This document shows, one piece after another, positions 17,366 through 29,300 of a DNA stretch of 64,000 nt (the stretch's first letter is position 1; every line of letters begins with the position of its first letter). The notes under the pieces are model-generated. The model was given only the letters and a program-made list of their open reading frames with translations. It searched no databases and was not told the origin of the DNA. Source of the DNA: Laetmonice hystrix (lineage: Eukaryota); assembly GCA_965235115.1 (NCBI GenBank), contig OZ249436.1, positions 55,368,001-55,432,000 on the forward strand, given 5' to 3'. The position numbers and the translations under genes were made by a program.

Positions 17366-20300
17366 ATGGCGGCGCGATCCGGGAATGGCAGTCACAGACC
17401 GAATCAGACTTCGGGTGCTTCCCATGGATCGAAATCTCAGAATATACCGATGTCACGGTTAGTTCTTCAGTATGAATTATTGGTTTTATGTGAACTACTT
17501 TTGAATCATGACAGGGTCATTTAAATTCTCCACAATCCGAAATAGTAGCTGACATGTCTCACTGGTTCAGTGCCAGTGCAGTGGTTGCAATGCTTGCATG
17601 CAAACATGGTTGGCGAACTTGTGTTTCGATCCACTCCTCACTCAGTGTCAGTGAGTGTCACTGAGTCAGTGATCATGTCAAACATGTCAAACATGGTAAA
17701 GTTCTGCCTATGCGTATCGGTTAGGCCTAATGTTAACTGCCCTAACTTAAGCCTAAGCTAAGGCCCCTGCCTTGGCCCTATCATGCAGTGGCGCATCGGG
17801 GGGGGGGGGGGGGGGGGGGGGGGGGTTCGGGGGCCATGGCAACCGATCTTTATTTTTTAGGCATAATAATGGCATAAGTTAGAAATTTCTGATTTCTCTC
17901 CCCCCCCCCCCCCCAACCATCATCAACAAAATCCTGGAAGAATCTGCCCCTGGTCGTGTTCAGTCCAGAGGCCAGTTTTTAAATCACAGTCTTTGACTTA
18001 GTTAGTCTTACTCTTACTCTAGTGACTAGTCTTAGCCTTAGGGCTAAGCCTAAGGCCAATCTAATTAAAATTAGATCTTGGTATTCCGCGTCTCTCTCGG
18101 CTGTGTCGGTGCTGGCTGCGCTCCATACCTAGATCTAAGGACATCCCATTAGGGGTCACCTCAGGTTGACCTCGGGATTCAGCCAATCAGCGAGCCGCCT
18201 ACGAAATCTTCGGTGTGCGCTCGTAGGCATTTTCAACGGCACACTTGAATCTGGGTCAAAGGTCAGCCTGAGGTGACCCCATACGGGATGCCGTTAGATC
18301 CTAGTATGTAGCGCATGCGAAATAACTAAGATCTAATTTTAATTAGATTGAGCCTAAGGCCTGCCATACAATTTCCCAATTTTGTCCAACTCGGTTTTGC
18401 CCAACTCGAGTCGGTAACCATGGTTCCCGACTAAAGTTAGCTTAGCCTTAGAGTAGCCAATTCGAAAAACAAATCAGGAGCCATTTTTTTGGTCAGTTGA
18501 CCAAAATCATGCAGGACAATGTGCGTGGTTCCCGATTACCGCAGAATGTTGTCAGAGCTCTGTCCTGGCCGCCCACACTGCATGGGCCGAGAGCAGATAA
18601 TCGTGACAGTGTACCTGTACGGGGGTCAGTCGGGAGAGTGTATGGTGGTTGGTCGGCAGCCGGGAGTTGGGCAAAGTTGTGACAGTGTACGGCATAAGAC
18701 TGAGCCTAGTTTTATGTTTCTGTTTTTAAATCAGCTGACAAAATTTAAGCCTAAGCTCAGCTTTGTAAGACAAGTGCCGAGCTGGCTTAGCACCCTGCCC
18801 AATTGGGCTTCGGCCTACAGGTCACTGCAATATAACTTGTTCAAAATCTGATGTGATCAAAATTATTGAGAGCTGTTGAGCAATTTGCTTCCCTAAGATC
18901 ATGAATTGCTTCCCTGAAGGTGGAGTGTTATACATTGGAAACCCTATTTTCAGAAGCAATTATTGGCATATTTGCTTCCGTGGGAAAATCCTTAATTTCG
19001 ACTCCTGGAATAGTATAATTACAGTAGATAAGTTAGTGTCAACTGTCATGGTTTCGGTCAAAATGCCCACAAGTTGCAATTTCGATCAAAAAGCTGTAAT
19101 TACATAAAAAATGTCTGCTTTGTATAGAAAAGGAGTTATATTTACACATACTATGATAAACTTCTATCTGCTGTCTTGTTTGATAAATACTCCATACATG
19201 TTTAGCTGGCTGCAAAACATTTTCTTCACTCATAATTATTTCCCATTTTCTGAGATTGGCAACATTTTAAAGTTTGTCCCACTTAAACAGTAAAGTGGTA
19301 CTCATCTCCAACCTCCCCACTATACCCTATCTGTGACCTGTACATTTCTCCATCTGCCTGTCTTGATTTCAAGTGGTAAAATCCCACATCATAGCTTGGC
19401 TAACACAGATCTATGAGACATGTATGATGTAGATTCACTGATCAATCCAACAAAGGTAACATCAGCTTTAGAAGAGAGCTGCATTATGAGCATTTTTCAA
19501 CACAACTTTTTCGACTGTATGACTATGAGCCCTAAATCAGTAAATGGGTGGATCCTACATCAATTTTTGCTGATATGTAATAACATTTTAGGGGTAAGCA
19601 GTTTTGAAACCAGATGCCTATTATTTTTTCCTCTCCTTTCCCGGCATGCTAGACAAGTTGCAGGCCACAACCCGTTTCTCAACAAAATCTTGTTACTGCA
19701 TAATACGTGGGTGAAGTGAAACCTAAATGTGGTCTTTCTAACTCCAGAATCACATCAAACCGTCCCCCATCAAGCGATTCACCACGGCCGTCGAGTGTGG
19801 GGAGTACACAGAGTAACCACAGCAGTTCGAACCTGTCAACTAAAGGAGGGTATGCTGTTCGTAATGAGATTTGTGTCGGAGAGGAACTGAAGATAGCTGT
19901 AGATGTGGCATTTGAACGGTTCAGACTGAGTGAAGAGCAGAAGGGTGAGATTTTGTCATTTAACTTGGACAGCACAAACATTGATAGTGGGTTTTGAAAC
20001 AGTTGCCCAAGAACAAATACTTTTTAAGTAGTGGTTGTCTGCAAAGTTGTTGTCCAAATTTTTATCAGCATATTGGGTAAAATCCTAGCAACAAAAGAAC
20101 AATACTTATTCAGGTTTCCATTCATCAGTTATGATGAGGAAAGACAGTACATGTATAATTATTTCCCAAACAATGTATTCCTCATTGAATCTGTTTTAAA
20201 ATCCCTTTAAAGTTCCCTAATGGAGGATGACCTTAAACTTTATGTAATTTTTTTTATGCTTGTTTAAAAAATTTCCTTTAAATTCCTTGAAGAAATTTTT

Positions 20301-23300
20301 CAAAGCATGTACTTCAGAACCCAATCAGGGGGAGTGCAATAATCACAAACATCTGTTTAACAATTCTCCACTAAAGTGCGTGGTTGTCTAAAAAATATTG
20401 GGTGACAACTGATAAATTTACAAACTAATGCAAAAATGATATTGGCTTGTACCTTTGTCCTCTGGTTTTATTAAAAGAATTAGAACCCTGTAATGTTGGT
20501 ATATTAATAACTGGAGTGTGAAATCAAGAAAACCATGTTATGTTTCATGAAAATAACCAGACATGTAAACCATGATGTTATTCTCATCCAATGCAGAGCT
20601 TGAGTTTCCCTCCTGCTTGACAGCAACTGAACGAGCCTATATCCATCATCTATGTAAACCACTTGGTTTCAAGTCAAAGAGTAAAGGGTAAGTCTTTGAA
20701 TGAGGTGAACATTCATGAACCTACACATAAATTAATGTTTCGCCTCACAGTCCTATCAGATAACATAATTAGCTGATTTTTTTTTCAATTCAGTATCTCC
20801 TTGTCATAATAAGTGGGCAGTCTGGAAAAAGTCCAGTGACAATCTGACATTTCATATTTGTTTTTTGTATGCAAATCAGAACCTAAAGATATTCTGGTGT
20901 CTGTGTAATCAGTGAGCTTAGGCTAGCGTGTTTCGGAAAATATTTTAACAGATGGAATACCCTTGGGTGGGCCTATCCACCAAATCCCTTTTCCAGGAGA
21001 GAGCCAAAAGAGGATGGTGATCTTAAATTTATTTCCTAATAGGACCCTTCTTTCTCTGTGCTCCCAAATGCAGCACTTGGCTTATCCTTTTTGTAAAAAT
21101 GAAAGATGATGAAGATTTGGTGTCTCTGTGTACAATTTTTAGGAAAGGTGCAAACCGTTACCTGACAATCACAAAGAAGGATGGCAGTCACTCAGTTCAA
21201 GCCGCTGCTGTCTTCACTCTGGTGCGCAATTCCCGCCATCAAATTCACTCACTCATTCAGCGATTTCCCATCACCAACAAAGAACGTCAGGACCTCCAGC
21301 CCCGAACAGAAAGGGGACAGTACAGTGAGGGTATTTAATTACAACAATAACCAAATCAGTACCTACTAATATATTTTCTCGAGGTTGGAAATGTGAAAGT
21401 AGTAAGGGACTAAGGCATTATGTTGTACATGTTGGAATCTACTCACTTTGAGGTCAGACACTCCAGGTGGATCCTAGCCAGATTGTAAGAAATTTTTTAA
21501 ATCATGTATTAAAAGGGAGAAGAATTATTAAGAGTTTGTAGGACAAATTCTTTGCGTTTTCAATGTATTTGAAGCTATGATTTATCAGAAAATGAAATAT
21601 AATTTTTATTGGAAAATGAATTACAAGATGACAATTTGACCCATCAATTCAACGGGAATAAATATACATTGTTGCATATACTGGTATTTTACTGGTTATA
21701 ATATTTGGGTCAATTTCATGTCCCAGACTATTACAATCGGTAAAAAAAGATGAAAAAAAATCCTTCACATAATAATATATGTTATCTTGCATACAGCAAT
21801 GTATAAAGAGCTCAACAAGACGACAACAGGAAGATTGAACAATGGTGTTCCTCAAGTGCCCCCTCCGAGGGGTCAGTCTGACCTGAACAGCTTTAGACAG
21901 ACTCTGCCCGTGTTTGGGCTCAGGGATGAAATCATTAAGGCCATCCAGGAAAACAAAGTTATCCTTGTATCAGGAGAGACTGGCTCGGGTAAAACAACAC
22001 AGGTAAGTTCAGAGACTGACACCAGGATATATTGGTAGAGACATTTCAGTATAGACAAATACATGTAGGTCTATTTCTGGCTGAATTATACATACTAAAG
22101 TGCCAGGTAAACAATAGATGGCAATTTAGTAAGGATCCTCGTTTTCCCTATCAAAGGGCAGACATTGCTGGTGTAAGTCTCAAGAAGTGAAATTTAGGGT
22201 ATATGATTAATATCTTATCTGCATACCTGCCAACCCTTCTGCATTCTGAGGAATCATTCCACACTCTGCATTCAGGACTCTCAAAATAATGTGGAATCAC
22301 AAAATTTACAAAACAAGTACAATGTATTCACTCCAAATGGACTTTAAATTTCTCACCCAAGGTACATTTTCACCAGTAAGAGGTCGTTTGCTATATAATG
22401 CTATGTCAGTCTAGGACGAGAGAGAAAGAGAGGAACTCACACAGACAAATAACTAGAAAAAAAGGGGGGAGCCCTATAATTTATCCAAAGTGTATGCCTG
22501 AACATTATTCTTCGTGATTTGGGATGATTCCTGATTGAGTACATAGATCTGTGATATGATGGCCACTGACCAGGTGGTCATATAAGAGGTAGTTCTAGTA
22601 TTTGTTAATACTTTCTGCACATTATCATACTTAACCTTTCCTTTAAGTGAAAAGCAGGCAGAAGCCAAGACCACCATTATTTATAGCTCGTAATAAATTA
22701 TTTGAATACCCTCTCCGGCTAGGTGCCCCAGATGATACTAGATGAGGCCCAGATCCAGAACAAACCCTGCCGCATATTTTGCACCCAGCCACGTCGGCTG
22801 TCTGCACTGTCAGTCGCTGAGCGTGTGGCTGCTGAAAGAGGTGAAAAGATTGGCCAAGCTGTAGGCTACCAAATCCGGCTGGAGAGTCGTGTCTCACCCA
22901 AAACATTGTTGACATTCTGTACGAGTGGGGTGCTGCTTCGGACACTGATGGGGGGAGACGGGGCACTCGCAACTGTTACCCATGTTATTGTGGTAAGTCA
23001 TAAGTCTCGGACTGTCAATACCTGTGTTGAATTATTATATGGTAATAAACTGAAGACTGATTTGGTGATGTGCTTGTAAGAAAAGGAAATTTAAGGCTGT
23101 TCCTCTCTGTAATCATAATAGTGTAACAAGCTGATGCTTTAGTGTTATTATATAGCCGCCTATAATTTTTTTAAAATCATTGTTTTAAGTGGTGTGTACG
23201 TTTTGGATCTATGTTTCTGATGTGGCCTTGTTTTGATAGGACGAGATCCATGAACGAGATCGGTTCACCGACTTCCTACTCATCACCCTGCGAGACCTGC

Positions 23301-26300
23301 TTCCAAAGTACCGTAACCTGAAGTTGGTGCTCATGAGTGCAGCTCTCAATATACAACTCTTTTCTAACTACTTCAGTGGTTGTCCAATACTTCACGGTAT
23401 GTCCTTAGAAAACAGAATTTACTGGCTTGTTGTAGCTTAGGAAAAAGAATGAATACCACTCATTAAATTATAGTTCAAATTAACTTTCAATAATTTTTTT
23501 TATGAGCATAAAGGTTTTTCTCAGAGATTTAAAGAGGTAAAAGAGCTCTTTTTTTTAATGACATCAGGAGAAAGTAAGTTGCTACCAACCAAAATGACGT
23601 GTTGGGCTTGCTGGGTTCATTGAATACATATTTACGAAGTACATGGATTATGTTCTTGTTTATTTCAGTCCCAGGTAGACTGTTTGATGTGCAAGCATTT
23701 TATTTGGAGGAGGTCTTGAAATTGTAAGTTTGTCAATGCCACCTATGGCAGATAGAATAGGGTATAGAGCTCTAGAACTTTCTTAAAAGCTATTGCACAC
23801 CAGGCCTCGAATTAGAAGTTGAAAGGGGCACAGCAAATACTGCCGTCGATACATAAGAATCAATGTCAGATTTTTCCAGGGCACGGCGGCAAATTTATGA
23901 TACATGCAGGGATGAAAGTTTTCAGGAAATTTCCTGAAATCAGGAAATTTGAAAATATCTCCCCCCCCCCAAGAAATAACACCCAAAAAAGGAAAGAGGT
24001 AGGCCTGCTAAGCCAAGGCTAAGTATTGCCCTGGACTGTGTGGTGGGCAATTTTATTTGTTAATATCAAATGAAACAATATCCCCTTCCAGGACGTTTTT
24101 AACACCATGCAGCTCAATATATCTCTACCTGCCCAAAGTTCGTTTATAGATGGGGGATATTAGAGTGTCTCAAACCCGTCCAGTGTCACGGGTGCCGCCG
24201 TGCATAGGCCGGTCTGCCGGGGGTGCTGGTGTACCGCCCGCGGTCCCTGTAGCTGTGGTCACATCGCTCACATAGACCGGGCGGTGGCGTCTGTCCCGTC
24301 TGGCAGGCACGGCCCCGTGTCGCTGTGGTGAGAGCAACTCGCCTCGATCAGGTAATGGCTTCAGGCAAAACTGATGGTCAGGGAGCTGCAAAGCCGGTTG
24401 ATTCAGGCTTGCCATATGCCATATCCATGCGCGTGTTTTGCCTGAAAGCTCACTTAGTGATAGCAACGAGACTATAGACAGACCGGTCTGTCTAGTCCCG
24501 GCGTTGGTGATAGTGATTAGGCTGACGAACTACGCACCATCACAATGTCACTCCTCACAGCAAACTGGGTCAATTTAGTTCTATGAATCTGCCTAGTATA
24601 TATGTCAGTAAGTTCTCATAATGTTTTCTTGCATATAAATTTGAGGATAATGGCATTACGTAAGTGGTTTTCACTGAAGTTTTGGGGTTGTCAGGACTTT
24701 TCATTACATTTGTTGATCAGTGCAGGTGTCCTGATAAGACCGGAAGTGACAATATTCACAACAACATGAGTGGCACATGGCGACATGGACACACGGGCTG
24801 AACCACTCGACTCAGCGACTGTGTTGCTTGGCTGAGAGCCGCTGAGGGTCATGACTGCTGAGGGTCAAGACTGATGGACACTGTGTGGTCAGTCTAACAC
24901 ATGAAAGCTGTTTGACAACGTAATCGGGTGCATTTTGGACGCTAAAAGCCGACTGGATTCCAATGTTGGAGAGAGACGGCAGAGCCAGGCAGAGGTTGAC
25001 ACTGAGTGACAGGCAAGCAACAGCCTTGAACAGGGGCATGGACTGATGAGTGATGGAGTCTATCCAGCAAATTTGCAGGGGTGGGCGGTTGGGGGTTAGG
25101 GGGGGTGGGGGGGGGGTGGCGACTAAATACTGAGGGCTAGGCCCTTTAATATATAATAACTAGGAGGCCTTATCGGATCATGATTGTCTGCTGTTCCTAG
25201 GCTAGCCTGACTTTTTTTAAGGGGGGGGGTAAGCCCCTTGGATGTGCGCATGAACAAATATTAATTATGGACATTGGCCCCCGCCGCTGCCGCCCGGTCA
25301 GGATTTCAGGAAATTTTACAGCTGGCCACTTTCATCCCTGTACATGGAAAAGGCATGATGGCAAATACCGTCGATGCCATCGTGTAATTCGAGGCCTGGA
25401 ACACAATATTATATAATCATATTAATAGTAGGACTGTTTGAATGCATGCATTCTATATGTTGTCTTTAGTCAGAGGTAAAAAATAATGCTTTTTATCCCC
25501 TGCCTACATTATTTGAGGGTATAAACATATCTGTGGTGAAATTCTGTTATACAGAAAGACATGTACTTGGCATTTTTCAGGACTGGGTATTCAACCAGGC
25601 AGATGCAAAAGTACAAGCAAGAGCTTCCCAAAGGTATGTACTATATATGTAGACGGTTTTAAGTAAATAATAGTAATACTTTACTATTGAAAGTAAGCTG
25701 GACCATCAGATCACTGAGTGAAATTTTCTTTGCTGTCAAAAATGGCACTAGACTGGCAAAAATGTTAGTCAGTGCTAGAGAATTGAAGATTTTGAACAAT
25801 ACCGGTACCATAAATGTTACAATAACATACCGGTACATCATTCTAAGATTCAGCTATTAATCGGCATGAGATGATTTTCTTTCACTTGGTCCTCTTTACT
25901 CTTTGTTTCTTGTAGTTGAGGGGCAGCAGAAAGAATTAGATGCATGGTGTAGCAAGATGCAGTCCAGTCAGAAACCTTCACGGGATAACGTGGAGGAGGA
26001 AATCTTGGAAAGTATCCAAACCCTGGATAGCAAAACAGTGGAAGTAAGTTGATTCTATCCCAATGGGATTTTATGTTATTACCCAGAACTTCCATTAGAC
26101 ACATCTTTCAATATTGGTTCATGAGTACCGGGTATTTATCTCTTGATGTGAAAAGCAAATGTAACTTGGTACAGTTATCTGACAGCAATATCTAAATACT
26201 GTCATTTGGTCTGCACTAGAACTCGTAACATTTATCTGGCACGTATTTCTATCCATTTAAACCAGTGAAATCTCAGGATACAAGATCAATCTTTAGAGGG

Positions 26301-27588
26301 TAACTTATATTATCTTTAAGTTTAAATAAACAGAGGTCAGGTGATAATTCTCCGAAGGATACCTTATGTTGTGTTTTCCTCCTTTTATTGAGGTTATAGG
26401 CGTTTCTCTGAGCAGCTAAGAAGAAGGTCTATTGTATACATGTATGTGAGATTGTTGCCATGTTGTGACTGCGTTACCATTTTGTAGTTTGGTCAGGAGA
26501 AGGAAGAGCTGCAGCCATGGCTGATCAAGGACATGGATGGCTTGTTGACGGACGCTTGGCTCACGGGAAATAGTGACATCTTCACCCAGATCTTTCATCT
26601 CATCCTCAGTGAGAACGTTAGTGGTGAGTTAAAAACATTGTTTTAAGGTTTACCATTGAAAATCTCTGCTGTGTAAGCTATGCACATAACATTATGAGTA
26701 AGTGGTAGGGCTGGGAAGATCTGGGTAAGGGACGCCATGATACAATACATATATATTGAAGTACTTGTTTGCTTAATTATTCCCCTTACAGTAAACTTCA
26801 AGATTGCAAACTAGCGATGTATCCAAGGAAGGGGGGGGGGTTTCCATAAGTGTATTTTTGGCACAAGGTACAATATCTGGATTGACACATCAGTGTATCC
26901 CAGCCCAAGTGACTGAATCTGTTTTTATGTTTCATACCTCAGTTGATTATCAGCACTCAGAGACCAGTGCCACACCCCTGATGATAGCAGCAGGAAGAGG
27001 GTTTGTGTCAGTCGTTGAGCAGCTACTCAACCTAGGTGCAAACATTCTTATACGGGCCAGCAATGAGTGGACTGCCCTCGACTGGGCACGCAAATTTGAT
27101 CGCACTGATATAATGGAACTACTGGAAGCACACTCGTGAGTACCCAAGTCTCCATCACACACCTTTCTTCAAATAAAATAGAAATGGTTTGAAATGACAA
27201 GTTTGGTTGTGTTTCCAGGGGGGAGAGAGAGATCAAAGCAGTATAGTTCTGAAGTGTAACACTAGGTGTCAGCACTGACGGTTGCTCCAGAATCCATACA
27301 TTCCCTGACTGAAAATAGTTTTGGAAAGAATATCAAAAATGTTGTTAAGATTTGCATATAAACGGTCTTGGACGTATTTTTTTTAACAGAATATCATTGA
27401 ATTGTACAGGAGTGTGCTATCACAGGCTGCAGGGCAGGATGAGGCCCGCATCGTTCGACACGCTAAAGGAATGACGGAGGAAGATAAACAATTGCTGGCA
27501 GGTTATCATCATAGTTTTGATGATGAGAAGGTCGACATCAACCTTATCGCTACTCTGGTCTACCAGATTCACTCAAGCACACAAGAAG
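17366..27588 (+). CDS. YTHDC2: 3'-5' RNA helicase YTHDC2, N-terminal ~648 codons (13 exons); remainder not found in window
   Basis: Exons 17366-17457, 19748-19944, 20597-20687, 21143-21330, 21797-22002, 22723-22992, 23240-23396, 23669-23723, 25581-25633, 25916-26043, 26488-26623, 26943-27135 and 27410-27588, all GT-AG and in phase. R3H (LTATERAYIHHLC), Walker A GETGSGKTTQ, TQPRR, DEIH, MSAAL, and the YTHDC2-diagnostic ankyrin insert (SATPLMIAAGRGF...WTALDWA) followed by YHHSFDDEKVD. Confidence 0.93.
17786..17952. mobile_element. Degenerate hAT-like MITE with long poly-G and poly-C tracts
   Basis: Ends CAGTGGCGCAT / ATCTGCCCCTG; flanks atcatg/gtcgtg. Confidence 0.45.
18057..18350. mobile_element. 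294-bp palindromic MITE with 10-bp TSD (Mutator-like by TSD length)
   Basis: TIR CAATCTAATTAAAATTAGATCTT / AAGATCTAATTTTAATTAGATTG with further internal symmetry; perfect flanking duplication AGCCTAAGGC at 18047-18056 and 18351-18360. Confidence 0.88.
23801..25398. mobile_element. Nested non-autonomous hAT-like elements in YTHDC2 intron 8 (inner element 23907-25340)
   Basis: Outer TIR CAGGCCTCGAATTA / TAATTCGAGGCCTG with flanks gcacac/gaacac. Inner TIR CAGGGATGAAAGT / ACTTTCATCCCTG with perfect 6-bp TSD TACATG. Confidence 0.85.
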
Positions 27589-28997
27589 GTGAGTGTTATT
27601 TACATGGAGTTAAATATTATTGGTTCTTGCGAATTTTTTTGCAGAGGTGAATTTTCAACAGTCATCTTCCCCCCCCCCCCCCCAAAAAAAGAAAAAAATT
27701 TATTTCATCAATAAGTCTTAAACAAAGTTACAGAAGTGGTCAGGTAGGATTCAGTATTCCTTGTGAATTTTAGCAATAATTCCCATTAAGGTGACTTATT
27801 TTCTGACAACTTTTAAAAGTAATGAAACATCTCTGGATGCCTGGCTACAGGCTATTTAGTGGGCTACTTTTCCGACAGAGGGCAGTTTAATCACCTCCAA
27901 CATAGGTTGTGTTTGAGACCAGCCCGGTACAGATGTTAGTTATAAATTCTGGCATACAAGTTAGATCGTACTTTGTGATAAAAGTGTTGAGAAAAGCACT
28001 GTGTCCGAGGAGCATTGCAATGTGTAATTTAACTGTGCTTGATTGAAAAGTGTTTGGTATTAGTCACAATGTGTCTGGAGAAAACCATATGGCATGGGTT
28101 AAGTTTTCTAATATAAAATTGTACTTTGTGTGGACTGAAGGCTAGGTTTAAGGAATCTTGATTAAGTGGAAGACGATTTGTCGGATAAAGATTTCCTTTC
28201 TTCAAAGGAGTACCATAGGTCAAAATGTTACATAAAGAAAAAAGGTTGTTTGGTGAAGCCACTCCGTGACACATCGCAGGTTGCGTCTATACTTGTAATA
28301 TGTGTACATGTATATATCTGTAACATATCACCTATTGGATTGCCACACATGGAGGTTATTGTCGACAACCCCAAGTTTTGGATCCCCCTTCGTTTATGTA
28401 CTATATGTACTTGATGTACTATTACTATTCAAACCTTGGGCGATGGGGTCGGAGATTGGTGGGGCAGGTAACCTTGAGGTGAATGTTGTACATGTGTTGG
28501 GGGCTTGATGGACAGAATGGATCGCTGAAGGCTGGGTTAGGTTTGTGGCTATACCCAGGGCACCCACAGCAAGGGTTGGGGCTCGCGGGACATACCATGT
28601 CGGCCTGGTGTTGTGTCAGAGTACAATAGGCGCGCAGGGGTGCGCAGGGGCAATAACACAACTGATTCCAGCCATATGTGCAAACAGTACACTTCCTGGC
28701 CGCCAGGGTCTTTGATCTCTTACCTGCTTGTAGACCCCACACACCTGGGTCCCTACTGACACCCTGGGTCTAGTCAAGCGGCATACCACACCCAGCTGTC
28801 CCTTTATAGAGAAAGGGCGGAAAAAACTCCAGGTGACACGCATTCTTGTAAAAAGTTGGGTTGTTGTTGGGACATTGCTTGCATACCTGGCGTTTTTGGT
28901 TTATTCGATGCTGGGTGGCTGACAGGATTACACGTGTGTGTATGTAAGGCACGGGTCATGTTCCCAGGCTTCGCCGTGATAGCACGGCGACCAGCCG

Positions 28998-29300
28998 TGC
29001 AGGGCCGGGCCGGGACGGGCAGGGCAGGGCAGGGCAGGGACGGGCAGGGCAGGGCAGGGCAGGGCAGGGCAGGGCCGAGACGGGCCAGATGGACCGGGCA
29101 GGGCAGGGCAGGGCAGGGCAGGGCAGGGCAGGGCAGGGCAGGGCAGGGCAGGGCAGGGCAGGGCAGGGCAGAGACGGGCCAGATGGACAGGGCAGGGCAG
29201 GGCAGGGCAGGGCAGGGCAGGGCAGGGCAGGGCAGGGCAGGGACGGGCAGGGCAGGGCCGAGACGGGCCAGACGGACCGGGCAGGGCCGAGCAGGGCCGA
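28998..29300 (+). repeat. (GGGCA)n pentanucleotide array with periodic interruptions
   Basis: Directly visible; it accounts for the GQGRA/PCPAL repeat ORFs in the track. Confidence 0.95.
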
